DNA of 63,467 nucleotides, the filler included. It is 6 parts of 6 records of this genome, joined end to end, with 100 filler letters (N's around TTAATTAATTAA, not from the genome) between each part and the next. Parts side by side here need not be neighbours in the genome. Positions count along the whole stretch, not along the records: positions 34,756 to 51,035 come from SRR31156797_8803; 5 more parts are not named here. The stretch is one strand, 5' to 3'. Below the pieces are notes generated by a model. It searched no databases and had not been told where the DNA came from. It saw only the letters and a list, made by a program, of their open reading frames with translations. The translations under genes were made by a program, and so were the position numbers. Of this stretch, positions 38,502 through 47,052 are shown one piece after another (position 1 is the stretch's first letter; every line of letters begins with the position of its first letter).

Positions 38502-38655
38502 GGGTGAGAAAAGAGTAAAAAAAAGGTGAGTTAATAATCCAAAAATGTGGTGTATGCGTTACACTTTTTGCCGCGTTTTCGTTACTCAAAAATTGAAAAA
38601 ATGAGTAAGATATGCCTGTAAAATACTGGTGTGTTCGTAACAGTTTTTATTGCGT
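37528..38655 (+). repeat. Four dispersed 28-bp direct repeats (37528, 37596, 38549, 38628)
   Basis: GGTGTATTCGTAACATTTTTTTGTGCGT, GGTGTATTCGTAACGTTTTTTATTGCGT, GGTGTATGCGTTACACTTTTTGCCGCGT, GGTGTGTTCGTAACAGTTTTTATTGCGT. Confidence 0.85.
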
Positions 38656-38706
38656 GGTATGTTCTGTGTTTCCTGTTTTTATTGGCTTTGATGCCAATTA
38701 CAATAA

Positions 38707-38880
38707 TCAAGTTTTGTACTGTACTTCTTTTGATTTAGGAGGAACACAAAAGAACTGTAAGCCTATACACATTAAAAAAAATATTATCTGGTGATAGGCT
38801 CCAAGAATAATTCCTATAAAAGCTAAAAAAGCTAGAATTCTAAATAGTATTTTGAATGCTTTATTGAATCGGTTTTCCAT
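38707..38880 (-). CDS. 57-aa small membrane protein (below ORF-track cutoff)
   Basis: MENRFNKAFKILFRILAFLAFIGIILGAYHQIIFFLMCIGLQFFCVPPKSKEVQYKT; ATG 2 nt after the upstream stop. Confidence 0.6.
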   Translation of the reverse strand: MENRFNKAFKILFRILAFLAFIGIILGAYHQIIFFLMCIGLQFFCVPPKSKEVQYKT

Positions 38881-38882
38881 GC

Positions 38883-39179
38883 TTAGGCTATTTTTCTTCT
38901 AAGTTGTTTTTTAAGCTGAACAAAGTCGATTTTCAGGACATGAGACAGACGAAAGAAATATTTTTTACCTGTTCGTGGTTCACATTCAATTAATCCATCA
39001 TTAACGTAATTAAGAACAGTTCTTTCGCTCACATTATGAATCTCTGCAACTACATTTGTACCCACTATTACATTGTAGAACTTATTGTAGATTTTACTTT
39101 CAATTTCAGTTTCTCGAATCTCATTCATTGCTTGAATAAGATCATCTTTATTCATGTTATAAGTAATCATTGTTTCCAT
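38883..39179 (-). CDS. Excisionase-like HTH protein
   Basis: TNVVAEIHNVSERTVLNYVNDGLI...YFFRLS winged-HTH pattern in the early operon. Confidence 0.75.
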   Translation of the reverse strand: METMITYNMNKDDLIQAMNEIRETEIESKIYNKFYNVIVGTNVVAEIHNVSERTVLNYVNDGLIECEPRTGKKYFFRLSHVLKIDFVQLKKQLRRKIA

Positions 39180-39203
39180 TGGGTGCTATTTTTGAATTTC
39201 AGA

Positions 39204-39413
39204 CTATTTTATTCTTGTGATCGAAATTTTGTAGCCATCTTTTGAAATGGACGTTGTGAATTCATAACCTTTCTTTTTTAATTCAGAACAGGTATTTCTA
39301 ATTCGTTGGATAATATTTACATTATCAATGTCTAGTGACATAACTTCTCCTTTGTCTAATTGCAGTAAGGTTGCATTCCAAACGATTTTACTTATAGGTT
39401 TTTTGTTATTCAT
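39204..39413 (-). CDS. Small basic protein at the Cro position
   Basis: First gene divergent from the CI-like repressor; 69 aa, basic. Confidence 0.65.
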   Translation of the reverse strand: MNNKKPISKIVWNATLLQLDKGEVMSLDIDNVNIIQRIRNTCSELKKKGYEFTTSISKDGYKISITRIK

Positions 39414-39447
39414 GTTATTTTGTCTAATTTGGTTTCGTATTGAGACA

Positions 39448-39503
39448 CAAATATAGAGAAATACTCTATTTAAGCAATGGTAAAATAGAGAAAAACTCTA
39501 TTT
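39448..39503. promoter_or_regulatory. Two 17-bp operators overlapping a Bacteroidetes -7 promoter box
   Basis: ATAGAG-N5-CTCTAT at 39453-39469 and 39485-39501; minus-strand TATATTTG (TAnnTTTG) at 39448-39455. Confidence 0.8.
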
Positions 39504-39510
39504 GAAATAG

Positions 39511-40203
39511 ATGAAAACATATAACATATTTATTATGAGCGTTAAGGATCGATTAAAAAAATTCATCAAAGATAGAGGGATGTCTGTGGCATCTTTCGAA
39601 AAATCTATAAATGCTTCTAATGGATATGTGAATAGTATTTCGAAAAGTATCGGTGTTGATAAGATGGAATCGATAATAGAGAAATACTCTATTTTAGATA
39701 TTGAATGGTTATTGACAGGTAAAGGGAGTATGTTGAAGTTAGATTCAAAACAGAATGTTGAGGTTGTAGGGGAAGGACTAATTGAGGATGCCGTACAGCA
39801 AAAAAAAGGTATAATAAGGTATTACGATGTTGATGCTTCGGCTTCACCTATTGAAATGTTTAGTTCTGGTAGTGATGTTGCATATAAAGACTTAATTGTT
39901 CCTGGCTTTGAGGATTGTGAAATTGCCCTAAATATATGGGGTGATAGTATGGAACCTAAGCTATGTAAAGGGGAGATGATTATTTGTAAGTTGTGGCAAG
40001 AGTCTTTTATAGAGTATGGGTTTGTATATCTTATAGAAACTAAAACAGGTCACAGGATGATAAAATATTTACAAGCTGGTCAATCACCAGATACAATTAA
40101 TTGTGTTTCAGAAAATAAATTTTATCAACCTTTTGAAGTGAAAAGAAATGACATACTTAAACTTTACGTTGTTAAAGGGCATTTGGAAAGAAGTATGTTG
40201 TAG
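39511..40203 (+). CDS. CI/LexA-like repressor (HTH plus S24 peptidase)
   Basis: SVKDRLKKFI...FEKSINASNGYV, EWLLTGKGSM, GDSMEP, MIK catalytic motifs; true start may be ATG 39535. Confidence 0.92.
   Translation: MKTYNIFIMSVKDRLKKFIKDRGMSVASFEKSINASNGYVNSISKSIGVDKMESIIEKYSILDIEWLLTGKGSMLKLDSKQNVEVVGEGLIEDAVQQKKGIIRYYDVDASASPIEMFSSGSDVAYKDLIVPGFEDCEIALNIWGDSMEPKLCKGEMIICKLWQESFIEYGFVYLIETKTGHRMIKYLQAGQSPDTINCVSENKFYQPFEVKRNDILKLYVVKGHLERSML
39676..39692. promoter_or_regulatory. Third operator copy inside the repressor gene
   Basis: ATAGAGAAATACTCTAT, identical to 39453-39469. Confidence 0.7.
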
Positions 40204-40220
40204 AGAAAACAAGTGTAGAT

Positions 40221-40484
40221 ATGAGTAAAGAACCAATCCCATCAACTAATTGGGAAATTGAATTTGAAAGAATCGTAAATAATCCAATATATTTTATTGA
40301 AGCTTATTGGAATAAATTGAATAATACTAATCCTGTTGAGCTAAGTAGAGAGGAAAAACAGAAATTTTTTGATAAGCACAAAGGGATTCCCTTGTTACGG
40401 ATGGATAATTTTATTGAGTTTCGGGAAGCGGAACAAAAGAGAAGAGAAAGCGGAATTGAGGATTGGGAGGTTTTGGTGAAATAA
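40221..40484 (+). CDS. Hypothetical protein (87 aa)
   Basis: ORF 17 nt downstream of the repressor, same strand. Confidence 0.65.
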   Translation: MSKEPIPSTNWEIEFERIVNNPIYFIEAYWNKLNNTNPVELSREEKQKFFDKHKGIPLLRMDNFIEFREAEQKRRESGIEDWEVLVK

Positions 40485-40495
40485 AATGTTGGTTT

Positions 40496-40774
40496 CTAAT
40501 CTTTTGAGGATTCTTTTATTAAAAAATGAAAAATATGTGAATGAGCTTCTTTTAAGCTACTAAGAAGCTCATATATAAATTGTTCTTCTTTTATTTTACC
40601 TCCTTCTAATTTGAATTTGTCGAATAAAACTGATAGAATATTTTTATTGAATTTTTCAATCTCATTTAGTTTGTAATCTTTAAAATGATCACTTAGTAAT
40701 GATCTATATTGTTGGATCAATTCAAAGGTGATTTCCGATTTATCTGGGTCGTAATCTGGATATTTTTTTTGCAT
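40496..40774 (-). CDS. Hypothetical protein (92 aa)
   Basis: ATG 3 nt after the integrase stop. Confidence 0.6.
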   Translation of the reverse strand: MQKKYPDYDPDKSEITFELIQQYRSLLSDHFKDYKLNEIEKFNKNILSVLFDKFKLEGGKIKEEQFIYELLSSLKEAHSHIFHFLIKESSKD

Positions 40775-40777
40775 GTT

Positions 40778-42061
40778 TTATTTCTTAAAAAATGGATGAT
40801 CAGCTAAACTTTTTGCATTTTCTTCTTGTGATATTTTAATATACTTCATGAATGCCTTTTCTGTTTTATGACCAGTAATTTTCATGATTCTAATAGAGGG
40901 GATTCCAGCATTAAACATGTTTGTTGCACCTGATCTTCTAGCTGTGTGGGTGGTGATTAATTCAAATTTTTGTTTTACTGTTTCAACTAATTTTCCTCCC
41001 TCTGTTCGTGAAGATGAAATAAGGTTGTCGATTCCTGCCATTTGACAAATTTCTTTGATGTGTTTATTTATTTTTTGATCTGAAATTGTTTTTGTCAGGT
41101 CAAATTCAGTTTCTAAAATCTCTTTAATTATCCAGTGAATGGGAATTATGACATCATCATTTTTTCTAATAGTAGCTCCTTTTGCAGGTTTTATTCTAAT
41201 AAAATTATCATCGAGGTTAATTTCTCCTAATCTATTAAAATCAGAAACTCGTAATGCAGTATAAGCACCTATTAAGAATCTATTTCTAACATGATTAAGA
41301 GCTTCAATTTTTCTTGTTAGGTTTTGTGTTCTGATATCCTTATAATCTTCAAGGTTCCTGATGAGTTCTTCTGTGAATTCTAAGTTGTATATTTTTAAGA
41401 GTTCATTTTCTGTAAGGTAAACGGAATCTGCTGTTTCGCTGGTGGTTCTAAATTTTTTATTTCTGTGTTCAATTGAATTGTGTAATCCTTCTTCTTTTGA
41501 TTCTTCCATGAATAATTTGATATTTTTAATCATGGTTCCAAAATAGTTTTTAGACTTACCTTCTTTCTCAATGTATTTTTTGAAATTTTTATAAAAAGAC
41601 ATGTTTATATCTTCAAAGTGAAGTTTCGTTCTGGTTTCTTTTTCGAAGGATATTAATAAATTTTTAGTTGATCCGTAGCTCAATTTTGTTCTGTCAGCTC
41701 TTCCCGATCTAGGTATGAAGTTTTCCAGATAATCCACTAATAGATTAGATGGTTTAACCCCTTTATTTTGTTTTTTTTCTATGGCTTTTAGAAATTCCTC
41801 TTTAGTTGGAACTTTCATTGTAATAGCAAAATCATTACAAACTGCATCTAAAGTATTCTTCCAAATACTAAGTCGAAGATTGATTTCAGCAGCATCTTTA
41901 TAAGCTCTTACCTGTTTAACTCGTTTTTTATCATCGAGCCAATAATCAACAATCACACGCTCACCTGTGGCAATTTTAAAACGTTCTCCTTTGAATCGTA
42001 CAATGGCATCAACCGAAGTTTGTTCCTTTTTTTTATCTTTAAGAAAGAAATTAACACTCAT
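40778..42061 (-). CDS. Tyrosine integrase (Bacteroidetes type)
   Basis: TALRVSD, HTARRS, TGH...FMKY catalytic motifs; N-terminal arm-binding and SAM-like region. Confidence 0.95.
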   Translation of the reverse strand: MSVNFFLKDKKKEQTSVDAIVRFKGERFKIATGERVIVDYWLDDKKRVKQVRAYKDAAEINLRLSIWKNTLDAVCNDFAITMKVPTKEEFLKAIEKKQNKGVKPSNLLVDYLENFIPRSGRADRTKLSYGSTKNLLISFEKETRTKLHFEDINMSFYKNFKKYIEKEGKSKNYFGTMIKNIKLFMEESKEEGLHNSIEHRNKKFRTTSETADSVYLTENELLKIYNLEFTEELIRNLEDYKDIRTQNLTRKIEALNHVRNRFLIGAYTALRVSDFNRLGEINLDDNFIRIKPAKGATIRKNDDVIIPIHWIIKEILETEFDLTKTISDQKINKHIKEICQMAGIDNLISSSRTEGGKLVETVKQKFELITTHTARRSGATNMFNAGIPSIRIMKITGHKTEKAFMKYIKISQEENAKSLADHPFFKK

Positions 42062-42097
42062 GAAGTATAGTATATGTTACAAAGTAAAGATATAAAA

Positions 42098-42131
42098 AGG
42101 GAACGATGGGGAACGTTTTGGGGAACGTTTT
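42098..42131 (+). repeat. Tandem repeats, candidate integrase arm-type sites
   Basis: GGGGAACGTTTT twice (42108-42131), preceded by degenerate AGGGAACGAT, between int and the att core. Confidence 0.65.
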
Positions 42132-42228
42132 ATTTTCTTTAGGTGTATTTTTTCATGAAACTCATTTTCAATACCCTATAAAACCTACTTTTTTTGCTGG
42201 TGTTTTGAAATTTAGATAAAAAACTAAT

Positions 42229-42245
42229 AGTCCCGCCCCGGGTAC
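42229..42245 (+). mobile_element. att core: displaced 3' end of a tRNA (probably tRNA-Leu)
   Basis: AGTCCCGCCCCGGGTAC reads as T-arm 3' side plus acceptor strand, with no tRNA 5' part upstream. Confidence 0.75.
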
Positions 42246-42253
42246 TCAGGATG

Positions 42254-42285
42254 AAAGCCGTTTCAGAAATGAAACGGCTTTTTTT
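42254..42285 (+). terminator. Intrinsic terminator of the original tRNA gene
   Basis: AAAGCCGTTTCA-GAAA-TGAAACGGCTTT followed by a T-tract. Confidence 0.88.
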
Positions 42286-42361
42286 ATATACATATACTTC
42301 ATATTTTTTTAAGGAATTGAATTGGGATTTTTCGTAATTTCGAATTATAAAATTGATTCCA

Positions 42362-43786
42362 ATGAACAAACACATTTTACTTCTAGTTTTCTTAATTTTT
42401 TCTCTGGTAATTCATGCACAAAAAGTAGAAATCCTCTATTTTACTGATGCGCATCGAATTTTTCCTGTTGATGATGTAGAAGGAGGTCGGGGAGGAGTAG
42501 CTCGCCTAAAAACAATAGCAGATCAAAGCAAAACAGCAAATCCGAATACATTAGTAATACATGGTGGAGATTTGTGTGGTGGTGTCCTTTTTGGGGGAAT
42601 GTATAAAGGAATGCCGATGATTGAAGCATTTAATGAAATTCCGGTTGATATCTGTAATTTTGGTCAGCATGAGTTCGATTTTGGTGTGGATCATACGCTT
42701 AAAATGCTTAGCAAATCGAAATCTCAATGGTTAAGCTCGAATCTTAAAAATAGAGATGGTGGTACTTTTGCTAGCCTGCCAAAATTTCTAATTAAGAAAT
42801 TTGGCGACATGCATATTGGTTTTATCGGATTAACCGATGCAATGAATTCAACAATGCAAAACAAGAGAGTGATTCAGGAAGATTTGTTGGTTGCTATATC
42901 AGGTGTGATTGAAGAATTAAATTCAGTTGATGTTTTGGTTGTAATCAGTCAAACTGATTTGAAGACCAATCGTGAAATTTTAAAACAGTTTCCTGAGATT
43001 GATTTAATTCTTACCGAAGAGCAATACGAGTACGAGAGCAATGTTTTTTACAAAGGGAATACTCCAATCGTTTCTCCTGCCGGAAATATGAGCTCTTTGG
43101 CTAAAATAACGATCCAAAACAATAAAAAAGTGCAGGTAGATATGATTCCTTTGGATTCAACAATTCAATCGGAGAAATATCTACGCGATATGGAAGTATT
43201 CTACAAGAAGGATATGGAGTTAAAATTATCTAAGAAATTGTGCATGCTTGAAGTTCCTTTGGACTTTAGAAGTGGTATAAAAGGGGAAAGTTTGGCAGGA
43301 AATTTAATTAGCGATGCTTATCGTGAATATCATGATTCAAATGTAGGCTTGATAAATGGAGGAGGAATAAGAGCTGATATTCCAGATGGAGAATTTACTT
43401 TAAAATCGGCGCGATCATTATTGCCATTTGGAAATAAAATCTGTCAGATTTTAATGAAAGGAAGTGAGCTGAAGAAGCTACTTAAGCAGTTTGCAGGTGA
43501 TACTAGAGGACAACTTTTACATGTGTCGGGTATTCGCTACAATTACAATCAAAAATTGAATTCTATAAATATTGAATGGAAAGGAAAAAAATTGCAGGAT
43601 GATGATTTACTGACAGTTTCTTTAAACAACTATTTTCTTAAAAAATTGACTGTTGAATTTGAAGTTTTGATTGATGAAAATGATCCGCTAGCGCTTGAAG
43701 ATTTTGAAGTTTTGCGTAAATATTGTGCTAGTAGAAAAATGCTTCATCCTAAATTAGAAGGAAGATTTACGATAATTAGGAAATGA
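42362..43786 (+). CDS. Secreted bifunctional metallophosphatase/5'-nucleotidase
   Basis: Signal peptide; TDAH, GGVARL, GGD, GQHEFDFG, NGGGIRA, LPFGN motifs. Confidence 0.9.
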   Translation: MNKHILLLVFLIFSLVIHAQKVEILYFTDAHRIFPVDDVEGGRGGVARLKTIADQSKTANPNTLVIHGGDLCGGVLFGGMYKGMPMIEAFNEIPVDICNFGQHEFDFGVDHTLKMLSKSKSQWLSSNLKNRDGGTFASLPKFLIKKFGDMHIGFIGLTDAMNSTMQNKRVIQEDLLVAISGVIEELNSVDVLVVISQTDLKTNREILKQFPEIDLILTEEQYEYESNVFYKGNTPIVSPAGNMSSLAKITIQNNKKVQVDMIPLDSTIQSEKYLRDMEVFYKKDMELKLSKKLCMLEVPLDFRSGIKGESLAGNLISDAYREYHDSNVGLINGGGIRADIPDGEFTLKSARSLLPFGNKICQILMKGSELKKLLKQFAGDTRGQLLHVSGIRYNYNQKLNSINIEWKGKKLQDDDLLTVSLNNYFLKKLTVEFEVLIDENDPLALEDFEVLRKYCASRKMLHPKLEGRFTIIRK

Positions 43787-43810
43787 TTTTAACCACGAAG
43801 CACAAAATTC

Positions 43811-43850
43811 CACAGAGATAATTACTCTGTGAAACTCTATGAACTCTGTG
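43811..43850. repeat. CACAGAG/CTCTGTG palindromic unit between convergent genes (REP-like or terminator)
   Basis: CACAGAG-N7-CTCTGTG followed by further CTCTATG and CTCTGTG copies. Confidence 0.45.
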
Positions 43851-43865
43851 TTTGTATTTTTTAGG

Positions 43866-46103
43866 CTATAGATTCAATCCCAATGTAATGTATATGCTTC
43901 TTCCCGGAGCATATATTGCTTCATTACTTCCTTTTACAGATCTACTCAAATGCTCATAATAGGCTTTGTCGAAAATATTTCGAATTCCTCCTGTCAAATG
44001 AAATGAGTCAGATATTAAATAGGAAGCATTTAAATCTACTATTGAAAAATCTGGTGTTTCTGTTTCTCCATATGATTTAGCAATTCTACTTTGCTTTAAT
44101 ACATGTCGGAAATTAATTTCAGGGTGAAATTTGTTTTTACAAAAATGAGCTCCAAAAGCATATCTAATATCCAAAGGTGGAATTTCTGGTAATGCCTGAT
44201 TTTCATCTTTATTTTTACCATAAGTGTAAGCTAAATTGATACGATGATAAAACTGCGAATTGATGGTTTGGTTAAAACTAATTTCAAATCCGCGCATAAC
44301 TGCTTTATCGATGTTATCATACTGCTTAACACCAGGTGCACTTGCCATTTTTGGTGATAAATCGCTTCGAATTTCGGCGCTGATATAGTCTCTTAACATG
44401 GATGCGAATAAGTTAATATCCAGGTTGAAAGATTTTGTTTGCCATGAAAAACTATAATCTACCTGGTAGTTGATTTCGGGATTCAAATCGGTATTTCCAA
44501 TCCTTTCGTAAGGATCGATATCTACCGATAGGTAATTTATGAATCGTTCAGTTAAGCTTCCACTTCGAGCAGCACGTCCAAACCAGATTCCCATTCTTAC
44601 TTTATCAGAAATATCGTGGGTTGCTCCAATACTAAGAGAGAGATTCAAATCATCCGATGGATCGCCAGAATTTACCAAGCTAAACTCATTGGCTTTGTTT
44701 TTGCTTTCTGCCGAATTGTTGTCAATTCTGGAAGATGCAATAAAATATGTATTGCCCGATGAGAAATGGTACTCTCCAAATACGCCAATATTTGAAATTT
44801 TACTATCCTGCCAAATGTTGTCGTAAATGGTATTCCCTGCCATTGGTCCCATTAACATTTCACGGGAGCGAGTACCATCAGCTTCTTCCGATTTGTAATC
44901 TATTCCAGTAAATAATGAACTTTCTTTGAACTGAAAAGCAGCTTCCGATCTATATGCATAGTTTTTGGTTTCTGCTTCGGTAATGGCATTCACTTTTCGT
45001 GGATTAAGATTCTTGCTCAGGTTATCCATTACGTGATCAACGAAAGATGCATTTGCCGATGTTGAAATGGATGCTAAGGCTGAATTGGTAAAAGTAATTT
45101 TGTGTCCCAAACTAATTAGCTTGGTATCATCTTCTCGTAAATCCATATTTAAAGCCGGAAAATCAACATCTTCGGCATAATTGCTATTTGCTGATATTTT
45201 TAAACTCTGATTTGAAGATAATTTTAGAACTCCGGAAAGTCCAATGTTTGTTCGATTAAAACTCGAAGTTACTTTATCTCCATTTCCATCTTCGTAATCC
45301 GATCCTTCGCTATAAGCTCCAAATATCCCAAAATTGTAGAATTTCCCTTTAGCTCCTGCCAGAGCTTCAGTTCTGAATATTTCCCCATTGCTTTCGTAAC
45401 TGGCAGTTGTTCGTCCGAAAGCCTGGGATTTATCACTAAAACTTTTTTGTGAAGATTTAAAATGAATGCTTCCCCCAAATGAACTGCCGTAGCGCAAAGA
45501 GTGCGGACCTTTCATGATTTCCACTTTGTCGACCATATTCAATGGAATCTGACTTATTGGTGGATCCATTCGGTTTGGACAAGCTGCTGTTGCGCCTAAG
45601 CCATCATCCATAATAATGTTAATTTGATTGTATTTGAATCCTCTTAAAACAGGATCAAAACCATAACTTCCACTTTTTCGAATTCCCCCGATCAGTGCAG
45701 TCTGGCTTAGAAAATCTCCTGCATCGTGCGATAGTTTATCGCTTGAGTTTACTTTCATCACATCTGATTCTGCTTTGCCTGTTTTTCTGGCTATCACGGT
45801 TGTAGGCATCAAGGAAATGTATGCTTGAGTCAAATATAATTTTCCAGATTCCAAAGCGTCCTTTAGTTGAGTACTTTTAATGATGATTTTTCCATAGTTA
45901 ACATGTGATATTTGTAAGTTATCACCTTCATTGTAAACGATTTTTATTTCGCCTGTTGCGGAAGAACTTCCTTTTTGATTCTGATACAAATAATGAGCAA
46001 ATGAGATGGGTTCTTTAGTATCTTGATCGAGAATTTGTATAGTTTTTTGTGCATAAATCTGAAATCCACATAGCAGAAAACAGATGGACAATATGTTTTT
46101 CAT
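43866..46103 (-). CDS. TonB-dependent receptor, OprC-like (copper)
   Basis: Plug motif ACPNRMDPP, DHVMDN, Met-rich loop; C-terminal NIFDKAYYEHL...PGR; start at ATG 46103. Confidence 0.85.
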   Translation of the reverse strand: MKNILSICFLLCGFQIYAQKTIQILDQDTKEPISFAHYLYQNQKGSSSATGEIKIVYNEGDNLQISHVNYGKIIIKSTQLKDALESGKLYLTQAYISLMPTTVIARKTGKAESDVMKVNSSDKLSHDAGDFLSQTALIGGIRKSGSYGFDPVLRGFKYNQINIIMDDGLGATAACPNRMDPPISQIPLNMVDKVEIMKGPHSLRYGSSFGGSIHFKSSQKSFSDKSQAFGRTTASYESNGEIFRTEALAGAKGKFYNFGIFGAYSEGSDYEDGNGDKVTSSFNRTNIGLSGVLKLSSNQSLKISANSNYAEDVDFPALNMDLREDDTKLISLGHKITFTNSALASISTSANASFVDHVMDNLSKNLNPRKVNAITEAETKNYAYRSEAAFQFKESSLFTGIDYKSEEADGTRSREMLMGPMAGNTIYDNIWQDSKISNIGVFGEYHFSSGNTYFIASSRIDNNSAESKNKANEFSLVNSGDPSDDLNLSLSIGATHDISDKVRMGIWFGRAARSGSLTERFINYLSVDIDPYERIGNTDLNPEINYQVDYSFSWQTKSFNLDINLFASMLRDYISAEIRSDLSPKMASAPGVKQYDNIDKAVMRGFEISFNQTINSQFYHRINLAYTYGKNKDENQALPEIPPLDIRYAFGAHFCKNKFHPEINFRHVLKQSRIAKSYGETETPDFSIVDLNASYLISDSFHLTGGIRNIFDKAYYEHLSRSVKGSNEAIYAPGRSIYITLGLNL

Positions 46104-46205
46104 CCTTAGTTTTTTAAGGTGAGTAATTGGGCGTGCCTGAAAAATGGGCATGCCAAAATTTTCGATATCAATGGATTAGGATTGGTATCGAGAAAAAATA
46201 AGTAA

Positions 46206-46577
46206 TTAGAAAAAATATGAATTGGGAGGGTGAAATATATCCGATAGACCTTTAATAGGATTTAGATTTCTTATATGGAATGACGCCTTATTTGTAGTAA
46301 TTATTGGTGTTGGTAGTTGTGTGGAAGTATAAAGAATGAAGCATTGAATTTCTTTCTCAATAACTAATTGATCGTTTTTTGATTTGTTTTCTTCCTGTTC
46401 TTTGATTTGTTTTTTTAGATGACATTTACCATTACATTCCATTTTTGGTTTATCTTTATTTTCACAAATTTCTGCAAATATATCTTGGTTGATTTTAAAA
46501 TTTAGCACGATAAAGGCAGTCTCAAAAGTTTGGAATGAGAAAAGAATGAGTAGTAGATATGTAAAAAATCTCTTCAA
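46206..46577 (-). CDS. Upstream ORF with signal-like N-terminus, Cys cluster and C-terminal HPP
   Basis: TTG start; CENKDKPKMECNGKCHL; ends IFHPPNSYFF. Confidence 0.8.
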   Translation of the reverse strand: MKRFFTYLLLILFSFQTFETAFIVLNFKINQDIFAEICENKDKPKMECNGKCHLKKQIKEQEENKSKNDQLVIEKEIQCFILYTSTQLPTPIITTNKASFHIRNLNPIKGLSDIFHPPNSYFF

Positions 46578-46654
46578 TAGAATTAATAAAAGACAATTGT
46601 GTATTAAATATACAAAAGCTTTATGTAATGAGTAAAGTAAATTAACCAGAAAAA

Positions 46655-46685
46655 TAAAAAAGCTCACCTAAAGTATGGATGAGCT
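46655..46685 (-). terminator. Probable intrinsic terminator after the selD operon
   Basis: Minus strand AGCTCA/TGAGCT stem followed by a U-tract. Confidence 0.6.
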
Positions 46686-46708
46686 AATATAATATCTTGA
46701 GGTTTTTC

Positions 46709-47050
46709 TTACAGATTGATTACTTTATCGGCGTCTGCCTGAAGAGTGATGATGTCAGGCATGCTGCCAATTGCTCCAACTTTAACTTGATTTAATAGAT
46801 TGAAATAATCAAGGCAAGTTTTACATGCTAGCATTCTAACTCCTTTTTGTTCCAGATTTTGTAGAGCTTCTAATGCTGGAGAGTTTTCACAAATCAATTT
46901 CACTCCTGCATTATAGAAAACAATGATTTTTGGCAATCTGCCTTCGGCATCTAAAAGTTTAAAATAGTTGCTTGCTAATTTTACACCTAACTCTTCGCTT
47001 CCAGAACCCATTCCATTCTGGGTAATCTGTATCAATGTATTCTTGTGCAT
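46709..47050 (-). CDS. DsrE-fold protein resembling the C-terminal domain of selenium-metabolism protein YedF
   Basis: MGSGSEELG, FYNAGVKL, ACKTCLDYF, M-DI motifs; 2 nt downstream of selD. Confidence 0.85.
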   Translation of the reverse strand: MHKNTLIQITQNGMGSGSEELGVKLASNYFKLLDAEGRLPKIIVFYNAGVKLICENSPALEALQNLEQKGVRMLACKTCLDYFNLLNQVKVGAIGSMPDIITLQADADKVINL

Positions 47051-47052
47051 AA

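Larger units (their letters stand above)
34756..42245. mobile_element. tRNA-integrated element (prophage-, satellite- or IME-like); left end missing
   Basis: Tyrosine integrase next to a tRNA 3'-end fragment, divergent CI/Cro-like pair, Xis-like HTH, Rep, serine recombinase; host genes resume after 42245. Confidence 0.88.
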
